64,000 nt of DNA from a virus (Duplodnaviria; Caudoviricetes), in IMG/VR virus record IMGVR_UViG_3300033179_000002, positions 1-64,000 of that record; one strand, given 5' to 3'. Numbering within the stretch: position 1 is the stretch's first letter; every line of letters starts with the position of its first letter. Below, in pieces: positions 29,964 to 39,977 of the stretch. The position numbers and the translations under genes are program-made. The notes under the pieces were generated by a model, which saw only the letters and a program-made list of their open reading frames with translations, was not told the origin of the DNA and searched no databases.

Positions 29964-30263
29964 CTATAGGTCGTGCGAACAGCAGGGGCAGACCCAGATC
30001 CCCGACGGCCGCCGGATGCGGATCCGCCGCCACCACGGCTGACGGACATCCCAGAGACCCAGCGGCTTACCGAGACGCCACGACAGCCGGGCGTCGTGCA
30101 GGCTGAGCAGCCAGCCCCAACGCCACGCATGCCCGCATTCACCACAGCAGGCCGCCCACTTCTCCGGGCCGTCCCGGCCACACGCCCAGCAGTGCACACC
30201 CGCACACGCCGGGCCGCCCCCATGAGGCGGTCCGGCGTGCGTGAAACGGCTGAGCAGAATCAC
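29964..30263 (-). CDS. Small Cys-rich hypothetical protein
   Basis: CxxC pairs; GTGA overlap with SSB. Confidence 0.45.
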   Translation of the reverse strand: MILLSRFTHAGPPHGGGPACAGVHCWACGRDGPEKWAACCGECGHAWRWGWLLSLHDARLSWRLGKPLGLWDVRQPWWRRIRIRRPSGIWVCPCCSHDL

Positions 30264-30799
30264 CAGGACTCATCCGGCGACGGCGCGGCGGGCTGCGCGG
30301 CCTGCTGGCTGCGCTGCGTCTCCGCCGACGGCGTCGCCGTCTGCGCGGCCGGCTGGGCCTGCTGGCCGGCCGGGCGGGTCTTGCTCGCGCTGCCCCACTC
30401 CTCGTCGCCGCCGCCGGCCGCCTGACCGCCGCCCTTCGCCATCCTCGTCACCTTCGCGGTCGCGTAGCGCAGCGACGGGCCGACCTCGTCGACCTCCAGC
30501 TCCGTCACCGTCACCTTCTGGCCTTCCTTGGTCTCGAAGGTGCGCTGCCCGAGCCTGCCCGACACGATGACCCGGGCACCCTTCTCCAGGGTTTCGGCGA
30601 CGTTCTCGGCGAGCTGACGCCAGGCGGTGCAGGTGAGGAACATGGCCTCCTTGTCCACCCATTCCTGTTTCGTCTTGTCGAAGAAGGTCGGGGTGGAGGC
30701 GACCCGGAACTTGGCGACGGCGGCGCCGCCCGCGGTGAAACGCAGCTCCGGGTTGTCGGTCAGGTTGCCGATCAAGGTGATGGTGGTGTCGTTGGCCAT
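30260..30799 (-). CDS. ssb: Single-stranded DNA-binding protein
   Basis: [30 protein letters not shown]...[28 protein letters not shown]. Confidence 0.95.
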   Translation of the reverse strand: MANDTTITLIGNLTDNPELRFTAGGAAVAKFRVASTPTFFDKTKQEWVDKEAMFLTCTAWRQLAENVAETLEKGARVIVSGRLGQRTFETKEGQKVTVTELEVDEVGPSLRYATAKVTRMAKGGGQAAGGGDEEWGSASKTRPAGQQAQPAAQTATPSAETQRSQQAAQPAAPSPDESW

Positions 30800-30874
30800 G
30801 ATGCTTCGGCTCCTACTTCTCGGGTGTCGTACTGGACGGTGGTACGTGATGCGGTGTGCGATGTGCTGGCGATG

Positions 30875-31081
30875 CTATTCGGGGCGGATGCCGACGCGTT
30901 CATCGCCGTAGTGCACGAAGCTGACCCTGCCGGTCCGCCCGGCCATCGAGTCGCCCGGCTGGACGATCTGGACGACCTGATCGGGGATCGGCAGGCCCCG
31001 GAACTCGGCGAACGTCAACACGCGGGTCCGTCGGTCGAACCGGTCCCGCGGCGCCGACGCCGGGATGTGCACGATGTGCAT
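30875..31081 (-). CDS. Small hypothetical protein
   Basis: ATG after CCACCACCGGAAGG. Confidence 0.5.
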   Translation of the reverse strand: MHIVHIPASAPRDRFDRRTRVLTFAEFRGLPIPDQVVQIVQPGDSMAGRTGRVSFVHYGDERVGIRPE

Positions 31082-31121
31082 GGACGGCCTTCCGGTGGTG
31101 GGGAGGAACACCGTCCATACC

Positions 31122-31145
31122 ATCATGTGTCACACCGTGTGTCAA
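31122..31145 (-). promoter_or_regulatory. Operator with leftward -35
   Basis: TGTCACA-CCG-TGTGTCA (31128-31144) plus an overlapping half-site; TTGACA on the minus strand at 31145-31140. Confidence 0.6.
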
Positions 31146-31535
31146 TCAGTCGTTCCATCCGGCGCCGTTGCCCGCGCCCGGCTCGTACCCGGTGGGCGGG
31201 TCTTCGCCGCCGAGGTCCATCGGCAGCCGCTCCGATGGCTCCGTCGCCTCGACCTTCTCGGCGTCGGCACGCTGACCACGGGCGCGGCCCATCAGCCGGG
31301 CAGCATCGTCGGCAAGCGCCCCGGCGGGCAGGCCCTCCACCCGGGCGATGTACGTCTCGGGCTCCAGCACCCCGCCGGGGTACCGGCGCACCATCTTCGT
31401 CCCCACCTCCATGATCACGTACGCGCTGCCCAGGTCGCGGCACAGCTGTCCGTGCACAGATTCCAGGCCGTTCGCCTTGCCTTTCGGCAGCCTCGCGGTC
31501 AGCTTGACCGGTCGTTCATCCACTGTGGACCTCAT
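31146..31535 (-). CDS. Hypothetical protein
   Basis: VKLTARLPKGKANGL; ATGA coupling. Confidence 0.65.
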   Translation of the reverse strand: MRSTVDERPVKLTARLPKGKANGLESVHGQLCRDLGSAYVIMEVGTKMVRRYPGGVLEPETYIARVEGLPAGALADDAARLMGRARGQRADAEKVEATEPSERLPMDLGGEDPPTGYEPGAGNGAGWND

Positions 31536-32071
31536 CCCTTTTTCGCGTAGGTGCTGGCCAGGATGCCGAGCACCCGGGCCGCGATGTCGTCGGCGTCGTC
31601 GAGCTCGACCCCGGAATGCTGCCCGAGCACGAGGCGGATCCGGGCCAGAACGTCCGGGTCGTCGGGCCAGAACAGCACCGGCCACACCTCCCGGACCCCG
31701 GTGCCGTCGATGCGCACCCGGAACGGGGTTTCGACGTCCGGATGGTCGTGCCGGCAGTCGAGGACGCCGACGAAACGGTGCGTGGCGCCGAACTTGCGCG
31801 CCAGATCGCGCAGGTCGTGCATGACATCGTCGTGCCGCAGTTCCTCACCGACGATCTCGACGCCGACCCCGGAATGCCTGGTGAGCTGCCCCTCGGCGGT
31901 CTGGACGGTTTCGGTGTCGACGATCAGCCGGGGGCCGTAGCGGGTGCGGCTACGGAAACTCTCCGTGTAGTGGTCCGGGTGCCCGCTCCAGGCCTCGGAT
32001 TCCTGGATCTCCGGCCAGGTCAGCGGCGGCTCGATGGCGAATGTGCCGTGGTAGATCGTGTGGGTGCCCAT
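31532..32071 (-). CDS. Hypothetical protein
   Basis: YHGTFAIEPPLTWPEI; AAAGGA RBS. Confidence 0.6.
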   Translation of the reverse strand: MGTHTIYHGTFAIEPPLTWPEIQESEAWSGHPDHYTESFRSRTRYGPRLIVDTETVQTAEGQLTRHSGVGVEIVGEELRHDDVMHDLRDLARKFGATHRFVGVLDCRHDHPDVETPFRVRIDGTGVREVWPVLFWPDDPDVLARIRLVLGQHSGVELDDADDIAARVLGILASTYAKKG

Positions 32072-32084
32072 GGTCACCAGTCCT

Positions 32085-32861
32085 TTACGTGGTGGGCGCG
32101 GTCGGGTGGGCGAGGTCGACACAGTAGGGAAAACACGGGTCGACGTACGATTCCGGTTTCGTCTTGCGAAAATGTGCCTGCAGCCCGGCCGCCTGCCCGG
32201 CGCGCCAGCCCTTCTGCGCGGCGTGCAGCTCGGCGAGACCCAGCCGGCCGATCCGGGGATGCCGTTCAACGATCGCAACCGCGACCCGGACGGCGGCGAG
32301 CGCATCGGCGTCGGCGGTGTGTGCCTTCGTCAGCGGGACCCCGTAGCGGGCCGCGGTCGCCGTCAGCTTGCGCTGGCCGACACCGGACACGTACCGGTCC
32401 ACTTCCTTGTCGAGCACGTGCGCGTCGATGATCGGGCCGACCATCGCATCCCGGGGCCGTCCGAGACGCTCGGCGACGGTGGGCAGGTCGTTGCGGATGC
32501 ACTCCCAGTGCAGCAGCGCCAGATCGTACGGCAGGTTAAAGCCCGCCACCGGAATCCGGGCCAGCAGCGACCGGGCGACCGCCTCGGCGATGCTGTTGAC
32601 ACCGTCGGCCGGCATGCAGCCTTTCGCCTGCGCGATCTCGTCGGTGATGCCGTTGACCTCGGTCGCCCCCGGCGGGATCGGCACCCCGGGATTGATGAGC
32701 ACCTGCGCGCCGATGCTCCGGCGGCGGCCTTCGGCGCGACCCAGCACCGTGGACACGTAACCGGTGACGATCCGGGCCTCCCGGGTGTCGATGCCGGTCG
32801 ATTCGAGGTCGAAGGGGGTCAGCGGGCCCAGATGCCACGGAGTGGCGGCGGGGGCGTTCAC
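32085..32861 (-). CDS. DnaQ-like DEDDh 3'-5' exonuclease
   Basis: FDLESTG, LINPGVPIP..ATEVNGIT, GFNLPYD, IDAHVLD and AHTADAD motifs. Confidence 0.9.
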   Translation of the reverse strand: MNAPAATPWHLGPLTPFDLESTGIDTREARIVTGYVSTVLGRAEGRRRSIGAQVLINPGVPIPPGATEVNGITDEIAQAKGCMPADGVNSIAEAVARSLLARIPVAGFNLPYDLALLHWECIRNDLPTVAERLGRPRDAMVGPIIDAHVLDKEVDRYVSGVGQRKLTATAARYGVPLTKAHTADADALAAVRVAVAIVERHPRIGRLGLAELHAAQKGWRAGQAAGLQAHFRKTKPESYVDPCFPYCVDLAHPTAPTT

Positions 32862-33010
32862 CGTTTCGCCGTCCGGTGCTGGCAGGTGCAGGAGTTGCCG
32901 CCGGCCGCGCACCGCTGGTGGCCGTGCAGGTTCCGGCGCTGCTCCCGCCGGGTGGCGACGATGAGGCCGCCGGACTGGTCGGCCGCCGCGCGGCAGTCGA
33001 GGCAGATCAT
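32858..33010 (-). CDS. Small Cys/His-rich protein (50 aa)
   Basis: Hand-translated MICLDC...HQRC...SCTCQHR; overlaps both neighbours. Confidence 0.5.
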   Translation of the reverse strand: MICLDCRAAADQSGGLIVATRREQRRNLHGHQRCAAGGNSCTCQHRTAKR

Positions 33011-33324
33011 GCGTGTCCCGCTCTCTTGCTCGCCGCAGTCCGCTTCTGTGCGGCCTGGCAGACTTCAACGTGCGGCACATACAGGGCTTTCACGGCAAAC
33101 GCCCGATGGATCTGGCTCTGCGTCAGCTTCTCCGCAAGCTGCCTGCCCTCCGGCAGATGGTCGGAGGCGATGAGTTTGATCCGGGCGCCCAGCTCCCAGG
33201 TCGACGGTTCGGCGTCGATGTCGAGCCGCCCCGCCCCCCTGGCCGTCAACATCGTCACCGTGGCCACCAGCCGTTTGCACCGGCTGTGCCCGCATGGGCG
33301 CGGAACCGCGCGCAGCGTCGTCAT
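33007..33324 (-). CDS. Hypothetical protein
   Basis: PCGHSRC...PHVEVC; coupled overlaps. Confidence 0.55.
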   Translation of the reverse strand: MTTLRAVPRPCGHSRCKRLVATVTMLTARGAGRLDIDAEPSTWELGARIKLIASDHLPEGRQLAEKLTQSQIHRAFAVKALYVPHVEVCQAAQKRTAASKRAGHA

Positions 33325-33524
33325 CGCCGACGATCCCCGCGGCCTGCCCACCGGCCGATCAGCAGGCACACCGCGACCAGGCCGACGAATCCGCACAGCC
33401 AGGCGGCCTGTCCGCCGGTGATGCCGGGGTTGTGCAGCGGCGGCAGCGTCGGGCGGGGCCGGCCCGGTTCCGAGGTCGGCGCCAGCAGGGTGACAACCCC
33501 GGCGAGGGTGTAACTCAACGCCAT
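33321..33524 (-). CDS. Small membrane protein
   Basis: Two hydrophobic segments. Confidence 0.5.
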   Translation of the reverse strand: MALSYTLAGVVTLLAPTSEPGRPRPTLPPLHNPGITGGQAAWLCGFVGLVAVCLLIGRWAGRGDRRR

Positions 33525-35068
33525 GACACCGCCCCCGCCTTCAGGCCGGCGCGCAGCCGGGCGAGCTGCAGGCCGGTCGCCTGGCCGAGATGTTCGACGC
33601 CGAAGGTGCGGATCACGAGCGCGCCCACCTCGCCCGTGGTCAGCGGCGGCGCCTGCAGCCCACCCCCGGTCAGGAGCAGGGTGTACAGCTCGTCGGCGTC
33701 GTAGTCGCCGTCGGGGACCTGCGGCAGCGGATCGGGTTCGCCTTCGACGACACCCTCGACCGGCGCCTCGAACATGTCGCCGAGGACACCCGGCGAGAAC
33801 GGGTTGTCACCGATCTTCGTGAACTCGATGCCGCCGACAGTCACCGTGTCGCCAACCGCGGCCTCGAACTCGGCGTAGCTGCGGGCCTGATCGTCCGTGG
33901 CCAGCCAGTGCGCCGGCCCGCCCGCCTCGACGATCGCCGCATGGTCGGCGCCGCGGGCAACCGCCTCGTCATACTGCGCCAGCTCGTCGGCGAAGAATCC
34001 CCGGCCGCCGGCCAGCGCGGCGTCGCGCGGATCGGCGGCCTCCTGCTCTGCCTCCTGCGCTGTCGCCGCCATCTCCTCCGCGGCCCTGATCGCATTGCGC
34101 TTCGACATCCAGGCGTCGATAACCGTCTGATCGCCGATGCCACGCTTCTTGAGCCCGGAACGGATACCGTCGAGGCGGGGCAGGCCGGGCGCGCCCTCGA
34201 TCGCAACCAGGATGCGCTGACGTTCCTCGTCGTCGAGCTCCACCACCGCGGGCACCGCCTCCGGCTCTACCGCGGGGACGGAAGCCGCCGCCGGGGCCGC
34301 CCCGATGGCCTGCCGGACGGTGCCGCCGATCATCGCCGAACCGCCCGAGGCAATGATCGCCTGCGTCAACTCCTCGCCCCCGGCCATGATCTGCTTGACC
34401 GTCAACTGCGGGGTGTCGAGCCACGGCACATAGAAGTTCTTCGTCTCGAACTTGCCCTTCTCCGGGTTCCACTCCCGGCGGGTCTCGGCGCGCAGCCGCA
34501 GGACGGCCGGGATGGCGATGCGGGCCGTCGCGATGAACGGCCCCAGCGGCGCGATCTCCTGGCAGGCGTTCTCGCCGTGCGACTCCAACATCCACGACCC
34601 GAACCCGGGCGCCTCGGCCAGCATCAGTTGCACCCGGATCGTCGGCTTGCACAGCTTTCTGGCGTCGGCCGGCCGGTCCGGGCCATTACACAGGCACGCC
34701 GACCCGTCGACCTTGTTGACGATGCCGTCGCACCGGCGGATACAGGTCCGGCCGGACCCCCACGCCTCATACCAGGGCTCGACGTCCTGACCGTTGACGA
34801 TCAGCACCGGAACCGCCTTCAGCGCGGTGATGACCTCCCACTGCGGTTTCGTCGACCCCTGCGGGATCCACTGCTCGGCGGTGCCGCCGTACGCCTGCGC
34901 GATGGCGTGCACCCGGTTGCCGTCCTCGGAGGTGAAACGGAACGTGTCGATCTTCTCCGGGTAGCGGCCGTTGTAGACGCCGAGGCGGATCTTGCCGACG
35001 GTGACCATCCGGCCCTGGAACTCCCGGAACTCCGCCAGGTCTCTACTGATCATGCGCACGATGGCCAT
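33515..35068 (-). CDS. Recombination-directionality-factor-like (Gp3-like) protein with C-terminal extension
   Basis: GKIRLG...PEKIDTFRFTS...RRCDG...CKPTIRVQLML.EAPGFGSW.LESHG motif set. Confidence 0.75.
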   Translation of the reverse strand: MAIVRMISRDLAEFREFQGRMVTVGKIRLGVYNGRYPEKIDTFRFTSEDGNRVHAIAQAYGGTAEQWIPQGSTKPQWEVITALKAVPVLIVNGQDVEPWYEAWGSGRTCIRRCDGIVNKVDGSACLCNGPDRPADARKLCKPTIRVQLMLAEAPGFGSWMLESHGENACQEIAPLGPFIATARIAIPAVLRLRAETRREWNPEKGKFETKNFYVPWLDTPQLTVKQIMAGGEELTQAIIASGGSAMIGGTVRQAIGAAPAAASVPAVEPEAVPAVVELDDEERQRILVAIEGAPGLPRLDGIRSGLKKRGIGDQTVIDAWMSKRNAIRAAEEMAATAQEAEQEAADPRDAALAGGRGFFADELAQYDEAVARGADHAAIVEAGGPAHWLATDDQARSYAEFEAAVGDTVTVGGIEFTKIGDNPFSPGVLGDMFEAPVEGVVEGEPDPLPQVPDGDYDADELYTLLLTGGGLQAPPLTTGEVGALVIRTFGVEHLGQATGLQLARLRAGLKAGAVSWR

Positions 35069-35129
35069 CCGGTCATCCTCTCGTGGTGGGGTCCGGCAGG
35101 CCGGGGTGCCAGCCGGTAGAACGCATGTA

Positions 35130-36479
35130 CTAGAAGGGGATCTGGTCGTCGGCGATCGTCTGCCGGCCGCCGGGACCGGCCATCTTCGCCGACATGCTCG
35201 CGATCGTCGCACCGCCGGACGATGCCGCCGAACGCGCCGGGGTCGCGGTCGCGGTCTTCCTCGGGGCGCGCTTCGCCGCCGCCTTCTTCGCCGGCTCCAC
35301 CCCTCCGGCATCCCCGGCGGACGGGGCTTTCGGGGCCTTCGGCGTCTTCGTGTGCCTGCCGGGGGGGCAGAGTTCGGCGCTGAACTGGCACCGGCTGTCC
35401 TTCGGGTCGTCACAGTACGGGCACAGGCACAGGGAGCCGTCCGGCGTCGTCGCCCGTTCCCACGTCGGCGCCGCCCAGCCCGGCGGCTTCGGGAACGCCT
35501 GCACCTGCGTCGACCAGTCGCCACGCTCCGACGTCCAGCGGTACAGGTCCAGCGCCGCACGGAACGCCGTCATCGTCTGTCCATCCGTGACGACCGGGCG
35601 CAGCGCATAGCCGTCCGGACGGATCTGCAGAATCGCCGCACCGTCCGTGGCCAGCATCGGCATCTCGATCAGCCCCAGCTTCGGCATCATCGTCTCCGCG
35701 AACCGGTACGCGGTCTGCTGCAACGGCTGCTCCCGGTACAGTTCGGTACCCTCACCCTCCCGCGACTTCGCATCGATGATCACCCGGACACCGTCGGTGG
35801 CAATCTGCTCAGAGGTGAGGCCCGCGGCGTGCCCGACCCGGGCGCAGAACTCGGCGGCCTTCTTCGTAACCGGCCTGACGTCCACGACCCCGTCGAGGGT
35901 GCCGGCATAGCCGGCCGTGTGGTTGTAGACGGTGCATTCGCACACCACCCACGACTGGGGGGTCAGCCCGTAGTCTGCGACAAATTCCTGCAGCCGCCGG
36001 GTGTACGGTGCGATCTCCTCCGGCTTCGGCGCATATTCGCCCCAGTCGGCGCGCGGCGTATACGTCCACTCCCCGGTCTTCGTCCACCATTCCAGAACAT
36101 CGTGGACGGCGCTGCCCTCCCGGGCCCTGCGTTCCGTCTCGCCGTGGTGGAACAGCGCCACCCATGCCTGTACGCAGGCATGGCATACGCCGCAGCCGAA
36201 CGGCTCCGTGCGGGCCCGCGCCCGACCACACGTCGGTGTCCGCGTCGACACGATGAGTTTCGGCAGATTCTCCATCGCCCGACCCGCCGCCAGGTTCGCG
36301 GCCCAGAACTTCAAGGCGTCCTTGTCGATGACGCCGAGGGCCGTGGTGACCGAGATGTACCGGGCCGCCCGCACGACGGTGCCGCCGTTCGGGCCGTCCG
36401 GCACCTCCTCGGTGCGCACCGGATGTTCGTAGAATTTGCCGCCGTCCTCGGCGGTCCGACGCTGCAGCGGCTCAGCCAT
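35130..36479 (-). CDS. PD-(D/E)XK (RecE/Cas4-like) exonuclease
   Basis: YISVTTALGVIDK.AL..WA, GSAVH, YAGTLD, IIDAKS and QQTAY motifs. Confidence 0.85.
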   Translation of the reverse strand: MAEPLQRRTAEDGGKFYEHPVRTEEVPDGPNGGTVVRAARYISVTTALGVIDKDALKFWAANLAAGRAMENLPKLIVSTRTPTCGRARARTEPFGCGVCHACVQAWVALFHHGETERRAREGSAVHDVLEWWTKTGEWTYTPRADWGEYAPKPEEIAPYTRRLQEFVADYGLTPQSWVVCECTVYNHTAGYAGTLDGVVDVRPVTKKAAEFCARVGHAAGLTSEQIATDGVRVIIDAKSREGEGTELYREQPLQQTAYRFAETMMPKLGLIEMPMLATDGAAILQIRPDGYALRPVVTDGQTMTAFRAALDLYRWTSERGDWSTQVQAFPKPPGWAAPTWERATTPDGSLCLCPYCDDPKDSRCQFSAELCPPGRHTKTPKAPKAPSAGDAGGVEPAKKAAAKRAPRKTATATPARSAASSGGATIASMSAKMAGPGGRQTIADDQIPF

Positions 36480-36739
36480 CAGGTCAGCACCTTCCATCTC
36501 ATCGCGAACACCACCATCTGGCAGCGGTTCCGGGCACCCATCCGTCCGCGCAGCACCCTGATCCGGCAGCGGACCGCGTCCGCGGTCAACGGCACCACCG
36601 CATCGATGAAACCGCCGATCTCGACGGATTCACGGCCGTCGGCGAGTCCTGCCAGCAGCAGCACATCGTCATAGCTGAACGTCAACCCTTCGGGTCGGGC
36701 AGGGCTGAGAATCTCCGCCGTCGGCTGCCGGTCAGGCAC
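36479..36739 (-). CDS. Stand-alone LuxR/GerE-type HTH protein
   Basis: LLLAGLADG....EIG...AVRCRIRVL..RMGARNRCQMVVFAMR. Confidence 0.7.
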   Translation of the reverse strand: MPDRQPTAEILSPARPEGLTFSYDDVLLLAGLADGRESVEIGGFIDAVVPLTADAVRCRIRVLRGRMGARNRCQMVVFAMRWKVLT

Positions 36740-36947
36740 TACGGTCAACACTCCGGTCAGCCTGGGCCACGGCCGGCTTGTCGCTGCCGGCAATGATGCC
36801 GGTAGCACCGGTCGTCAGGGCGGCCAGGACGCTGCCGAACAGGACGACCGCCCAACGGCCCTGCGGACCCCAGGCGTAGGCGCAGGCGCTGACGGCGGCG
36901 GCACCGGCGAACCAGGCCGCGATCGCGGCAATCCACTTCACGTGCAT
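36732..36947 (-). CDS. Small two-TM membrane protein
   Basis: Hydrophobic profile; GAAGGAG RBS. Confidence 0.6.
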   Translation of the reverse strand: MHVKWIAAIAAWFAGAAAVSACAYAWGPQGRWAVVLFGSVLAALTTGATGIIAGSDKPAVAQADRSVDRSA

Positions 36948-36976
36948 GTCGTCTCCTTCGTGGTGGGCGATCGAGG

Positions 36977-37549
36977 CTACTGGGCGGGGGGCAGGAATGC
37001 GGCCGGGGGGACCGCCGCCCGGCGCATCGCCTTGCGGATCCTCCCGGCCGCCTCGTCGCCCGGCCCGGCGTCCCCGGCGTCCCCGGCGTCCGCGACCGGG
37101 TCGGCCTTGCGGGCCTTCCCGCGGCGTGTCGTGGCCGCGGGCGTCGCGGGAAGCGCGGTCGGCTCCAGCTCCGGGGCCGGCACGGGGACGGCCGCGGGTG
37201 CCTCGTCGGACTCCTCCGGCTCGTCGACCTCGCCGGGGAAGACGGCCTCATACCAGCGGCGCACCGTCTCGTACGTGACACTCACCCCGGACAGGGAGGC
37301 CAGTACGGGCGCGATCTGCCGGAACGGCATCCGCTCCCCGACCGGGGAACCGTCCCGGTCGTAGACGAGCACGCCGGGCTGACCACGCTTCGACTTGAAG
37401 CGGTAGTGTCCGTGCTTCATCTCCTGGATGAGCTCGATCGGCTCCCGGCCCAGCCGGGCCTTCATCAGCGGGTATTTGACGTGGTCGGGGCCGTGGAGCA
37501 CGGCGAGGCGCTCCGGGGGCACCGGTGGGTCATGTGCGGTTTCAGCCAT
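36977..37549 (-). CDS. Putative DNA-binding regulator (first gene of the leftward arm)
   Basis: PFRQIAPVLASLSGVSVTYETVRRWY HTH-like segment; lies beside the divergent operator cluster. Confidence 0.55.
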   Translation of the reverse strand: MAETAHDPPVPPERLAVLHGPDHVKYPLMKARLGREPIELIQEMKHGHYRFKSKRGQPGVLVYDRDGSPVGERMPFRQIAPVLASLSGVSVTYETVRRWYEAVFPGEVDEPEESDEAPAAVPVPAPELEPTALPATPAATTRRGKARKADPVADAGDAGDAGPGDEAAGRIRKAMRRAAVPPAAFLPPAQ

Positions 37550-37567
37550 CCGAGGATCCTCTCAACC

Positions 37568-37668
37568 TGACACGTGGTGTGTCAATCGGGTCGACCATGG
37601 TGAGCGCCCCGGGGTGTGACACTCCCACGATACATGACTTGACAGATGGTGTGTCAACTGGGCACAGT
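37568..37668. promoter_or_regulatory. Divergent control region with two operators
   Basis: TGACAC-GTGGT-GTGTCA (37568-37584) and TGACAGATGGTGTGTCA (37640-37656); TTGACA on both strands; genes diverge here. Confidence 0.75.
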
Positions 37669-37675
37669 GGACCCT

Positions 37676-37993
37676 ATGACAGAATCCCCTGAACGGAACG
37701 AGCGGCTCACCTGGGAGGGCGGTGTGGGCCGATCGGCCAGCCCCGGCTACCGGCCCCCGGCGTCGAGCACCCCGGACCCGGACGAGGTGCGCCGGCACTT
37801 CGAGACCATCGGCGCCCTGTTCGCCAACGCGAGAGTGGCCGACGATGAATCCATCGGCCATGAGAGTGCCCTTGCCGTCGAAGGACTGGCCGGATTCCTT
37901 GACGATGTCCGGCGCGCCCTCCTGCACGACGGCCTGCGTCCCGCGCTGCTGGCCGCACTCGTCAGCTACGAGACCGCACGGACCCGGCCGTGA
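37676..37993 (+). CDS. Hypothetical protein (possibly leaderless)
   Basis: ATG 8 nt after the -10-like CACAGT. Confidence 0.55.
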   Translation: MTESPERNERLTWEGGVGRSASPGYRPPASSTPDPDEVRRHFETIGALFANARVADDESIGHESALAVEGLAGFLDDVRRALLHDGLRPALLAALVSYETARTRP

Positions 37994-38379
37994 CCCCCGG
38001 GGCGGACGCCGTCCGGCCCCGGGGACCTGGAGCCATCCCTGACACCGACATGATCAATTACCGGTTGGGTGTGTGGAAGCGGCTCGCCGTCCTCGGTGTC
38101 CCCGCCGCCGAGATCGCCGACCGGCTGAACATGAAACTGGCCGCCCTGAACCAGCTCGTCTACCGGCAGCGTAAACGTGGACATCCCAGCGCCGTCTACC
38201 ACGCCGACGCGCCCCAGTTCGCGCCCGCCTCGACACTGGAAGGCAGCGAACTGGCCCGGCGCCTACACATCCGTGCCCTACGCCAGGCCAGACGGCGACG
38301 GCAACGGGAACAGGCGGCCCGGGAAGCCCGGAACACCTTCTGGGCAGCTCAACAGGATGCCGCCGGGCACACCACCTGA
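37990..38379 (+). CDS. HTH DNA-binding protein
   Basis: GVPAAEIADRLNMKLAALNQLVYR. Confidence 0.65.
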   Translation: MTPGADAVRPRGPGAIPDTDMINYRLGVWKRLAVLGVPAAEIADRLNMKLAALNQLVYRQRKRGHPSAVYHADAPQFAPASTLEGSELARRLHIRALRQARRRRQREQAAREARNTFWAAQQDAAGHTT

Positions 38380-38441
38380 CACACTGCGAACACGTGACCG
38401 CATGAACAACAGACGACGGAGACCTACCGAGGGAGTACGAC

Positions 38442-39176
38442 ATGCCGATCGAATGGCGCATTTTCACCGGCTTCGCCCTGCTGATCGTGTCCGCCGCCAC
38501 CGTGGCGGTCTGGCTCGACACCCGCGCCCGGCGCCGCCGGGAAGCCGCCGAAGCGGTCGAGGATGCGCTGCGGGCCGCCCGGCTCGCCGACGACCGGCAC
38601 GACCGGCACGCCGCCGAACAGTCAACCCTCCTGCGGGCCTGGGGACTCGCCGACCGGCTCGCCGACCGGGTCACCGAACACATCCCGGTCATCCGGCCCA
38701 TCGAACCCGGACCGGTCGAGGCGTTCGAGCCGGACGAGCCGCCGGCCTGCGAGACATTGAGCGTGCACCAGGCCGCCCTTGTCGCCGAACACGTCGCCGC
38801 CGGCACCGGGTCCGTGGCCAGCCTCGCCGCCGCACGGCCGTCGACCGGCATGCGAACCTCGGCGCAGGTCGCCGCACTCCAGGCCGCCGAGGTCGAGGCG
38901 TATGCCGCGATCGACGAAAACGAGGTACGGCTGCTGCTGGCGCCGTTCAACCGCAGCCTCGACGAGGAATGGGCCCGGTTCGACCAGGCAACCATGCGCG
39001 CCGACTTCTGGGCCCACTACGAGCACACCGACGAGCACCGGTGCCCGCGCTGCGCCGACGCCATGCAGGAGATCTCCGACGAGTTCCGGCTCATGGTGCA
39101 GCGCGCCGAGACCACCGATACCGGACAGTTCACGCCGGAGGACGTTGCCGCCCTGGCAGCCATGCTCAACACCTGA
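38442..39176 (+). CDS. Membrane-anchored hypothetical protein
   Basis: N-terminal TM; GAGGGAG RBS. Confidence 0.6.
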   Translation: MPIEWRIFTGFALLIVSAATVAVWLDTRARRRREAAEAVEDALRAARLADDRHDRHAAEQSTLLRAWGLADRLADRVTEHIPVIRPIEPGPVEAFEPDEPPACETLSVHQAALVAEHVAAGTGSVASLAAARPSTGMRTSAQVAALQAAEVEAYAAIDENEVRLLLAPFNRSLDEEWARFDQATMRADFWAHYEHTDEHRCPRCADAMQEISDEFRLMVQRAETTDTGQFTPEDVAALAAMLNT

Positions 39177-39218
39177 ACCATCCCCCCATCCCCACCCCCA
39201 CCACCACAGGGAGTAATC

Positions 39219-39977
39219 ATGGGACTCGAAGCGCAGCGCGCCGAGCTGCACGAGATGGACGACGAGGCCGAACGGCTCGACGGACAGGCCGCGGTCATCT
39301 CCGCCCGCCGCCGACACATCCGGGACGCGGCGAAGTGTCGGGACTGCGGCGCTCCGCAGAAACTGTGCGACACGTTCCGCGGCGACGGCCCCGGCCCGGA
39401 AGGGTTGTGCTGCTGGTCCGGGCGTCACATCCATGACCAGGACCAGCACGCCCTGTCCGTCCTGCTCGACGAGATTCAGGCCGGGCAGGTGCGCACCGTC
39501 GCCGAGATCGACCCGCCGCCAGTCCTCGGCCCCAACCTGCCCGGCATGGCCTGGCTGCTCGACCAGACGCAGTGGTGGTATCCGAAACGCCGCCCCGCCA
39601 TCCTGATCACCTCCATGGACAAAACCCACCGATACAACACGGTCAAATGGCTGGAACGGGCCGCGGGTGCCCTGCACGGTTCCGTCGGCAGCCGCTACCT
39701 GGCTGGCGCGCCCGACGAGGTGTGGACCGGCTGGATGCGGGAGGCCAACGACCCGGTCGGCTGGCTGCACCGGCAGCCGCTCGTCAAGGCGCTGCGCAAA
39801 GGCCTGCCGACCACCGGCCGGAAACTCGCCGACCTGCAAGAGCGGGCAAAACACTGGTCGACGTGCCCGATGCGGCTGCGGATCGAGGTACGGCCCGCGT
39901 TCGCGTCCTGCACCTGCGTGCCGCTGCCGGCCACCGAGGACGGACGCGCGGACCGTACCGCGGAGGTGCCGTCGTGA
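39219..39977 (+). CDS. Hypothetical Cys/His-containing protein
   Basis: CCACCACAGGGAG RBS. Confidence 0.65.
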   Translation: MGLEAQRAELHEMDDEAERLDGQAAVISARRRHIRDAAKCRDCGAPQKLCDTFRGDGPGPEGLCCWSGRHIHDQDQHALSVLLDEIQAGQVRTVAEIDPPPVLGPNLPGMAWLLDQTQWWYPKRRPAILITSMDKTHRYNTVKWLERAAGALHGSVGSRYLAGAPDEVWTGWMREANDPVGWLHRQPLVKALRKGLPTTGRKLADLQERAKHWSTCPMRLRIEVRPAFASCTCVPLPATEDGRADRTAEVPS

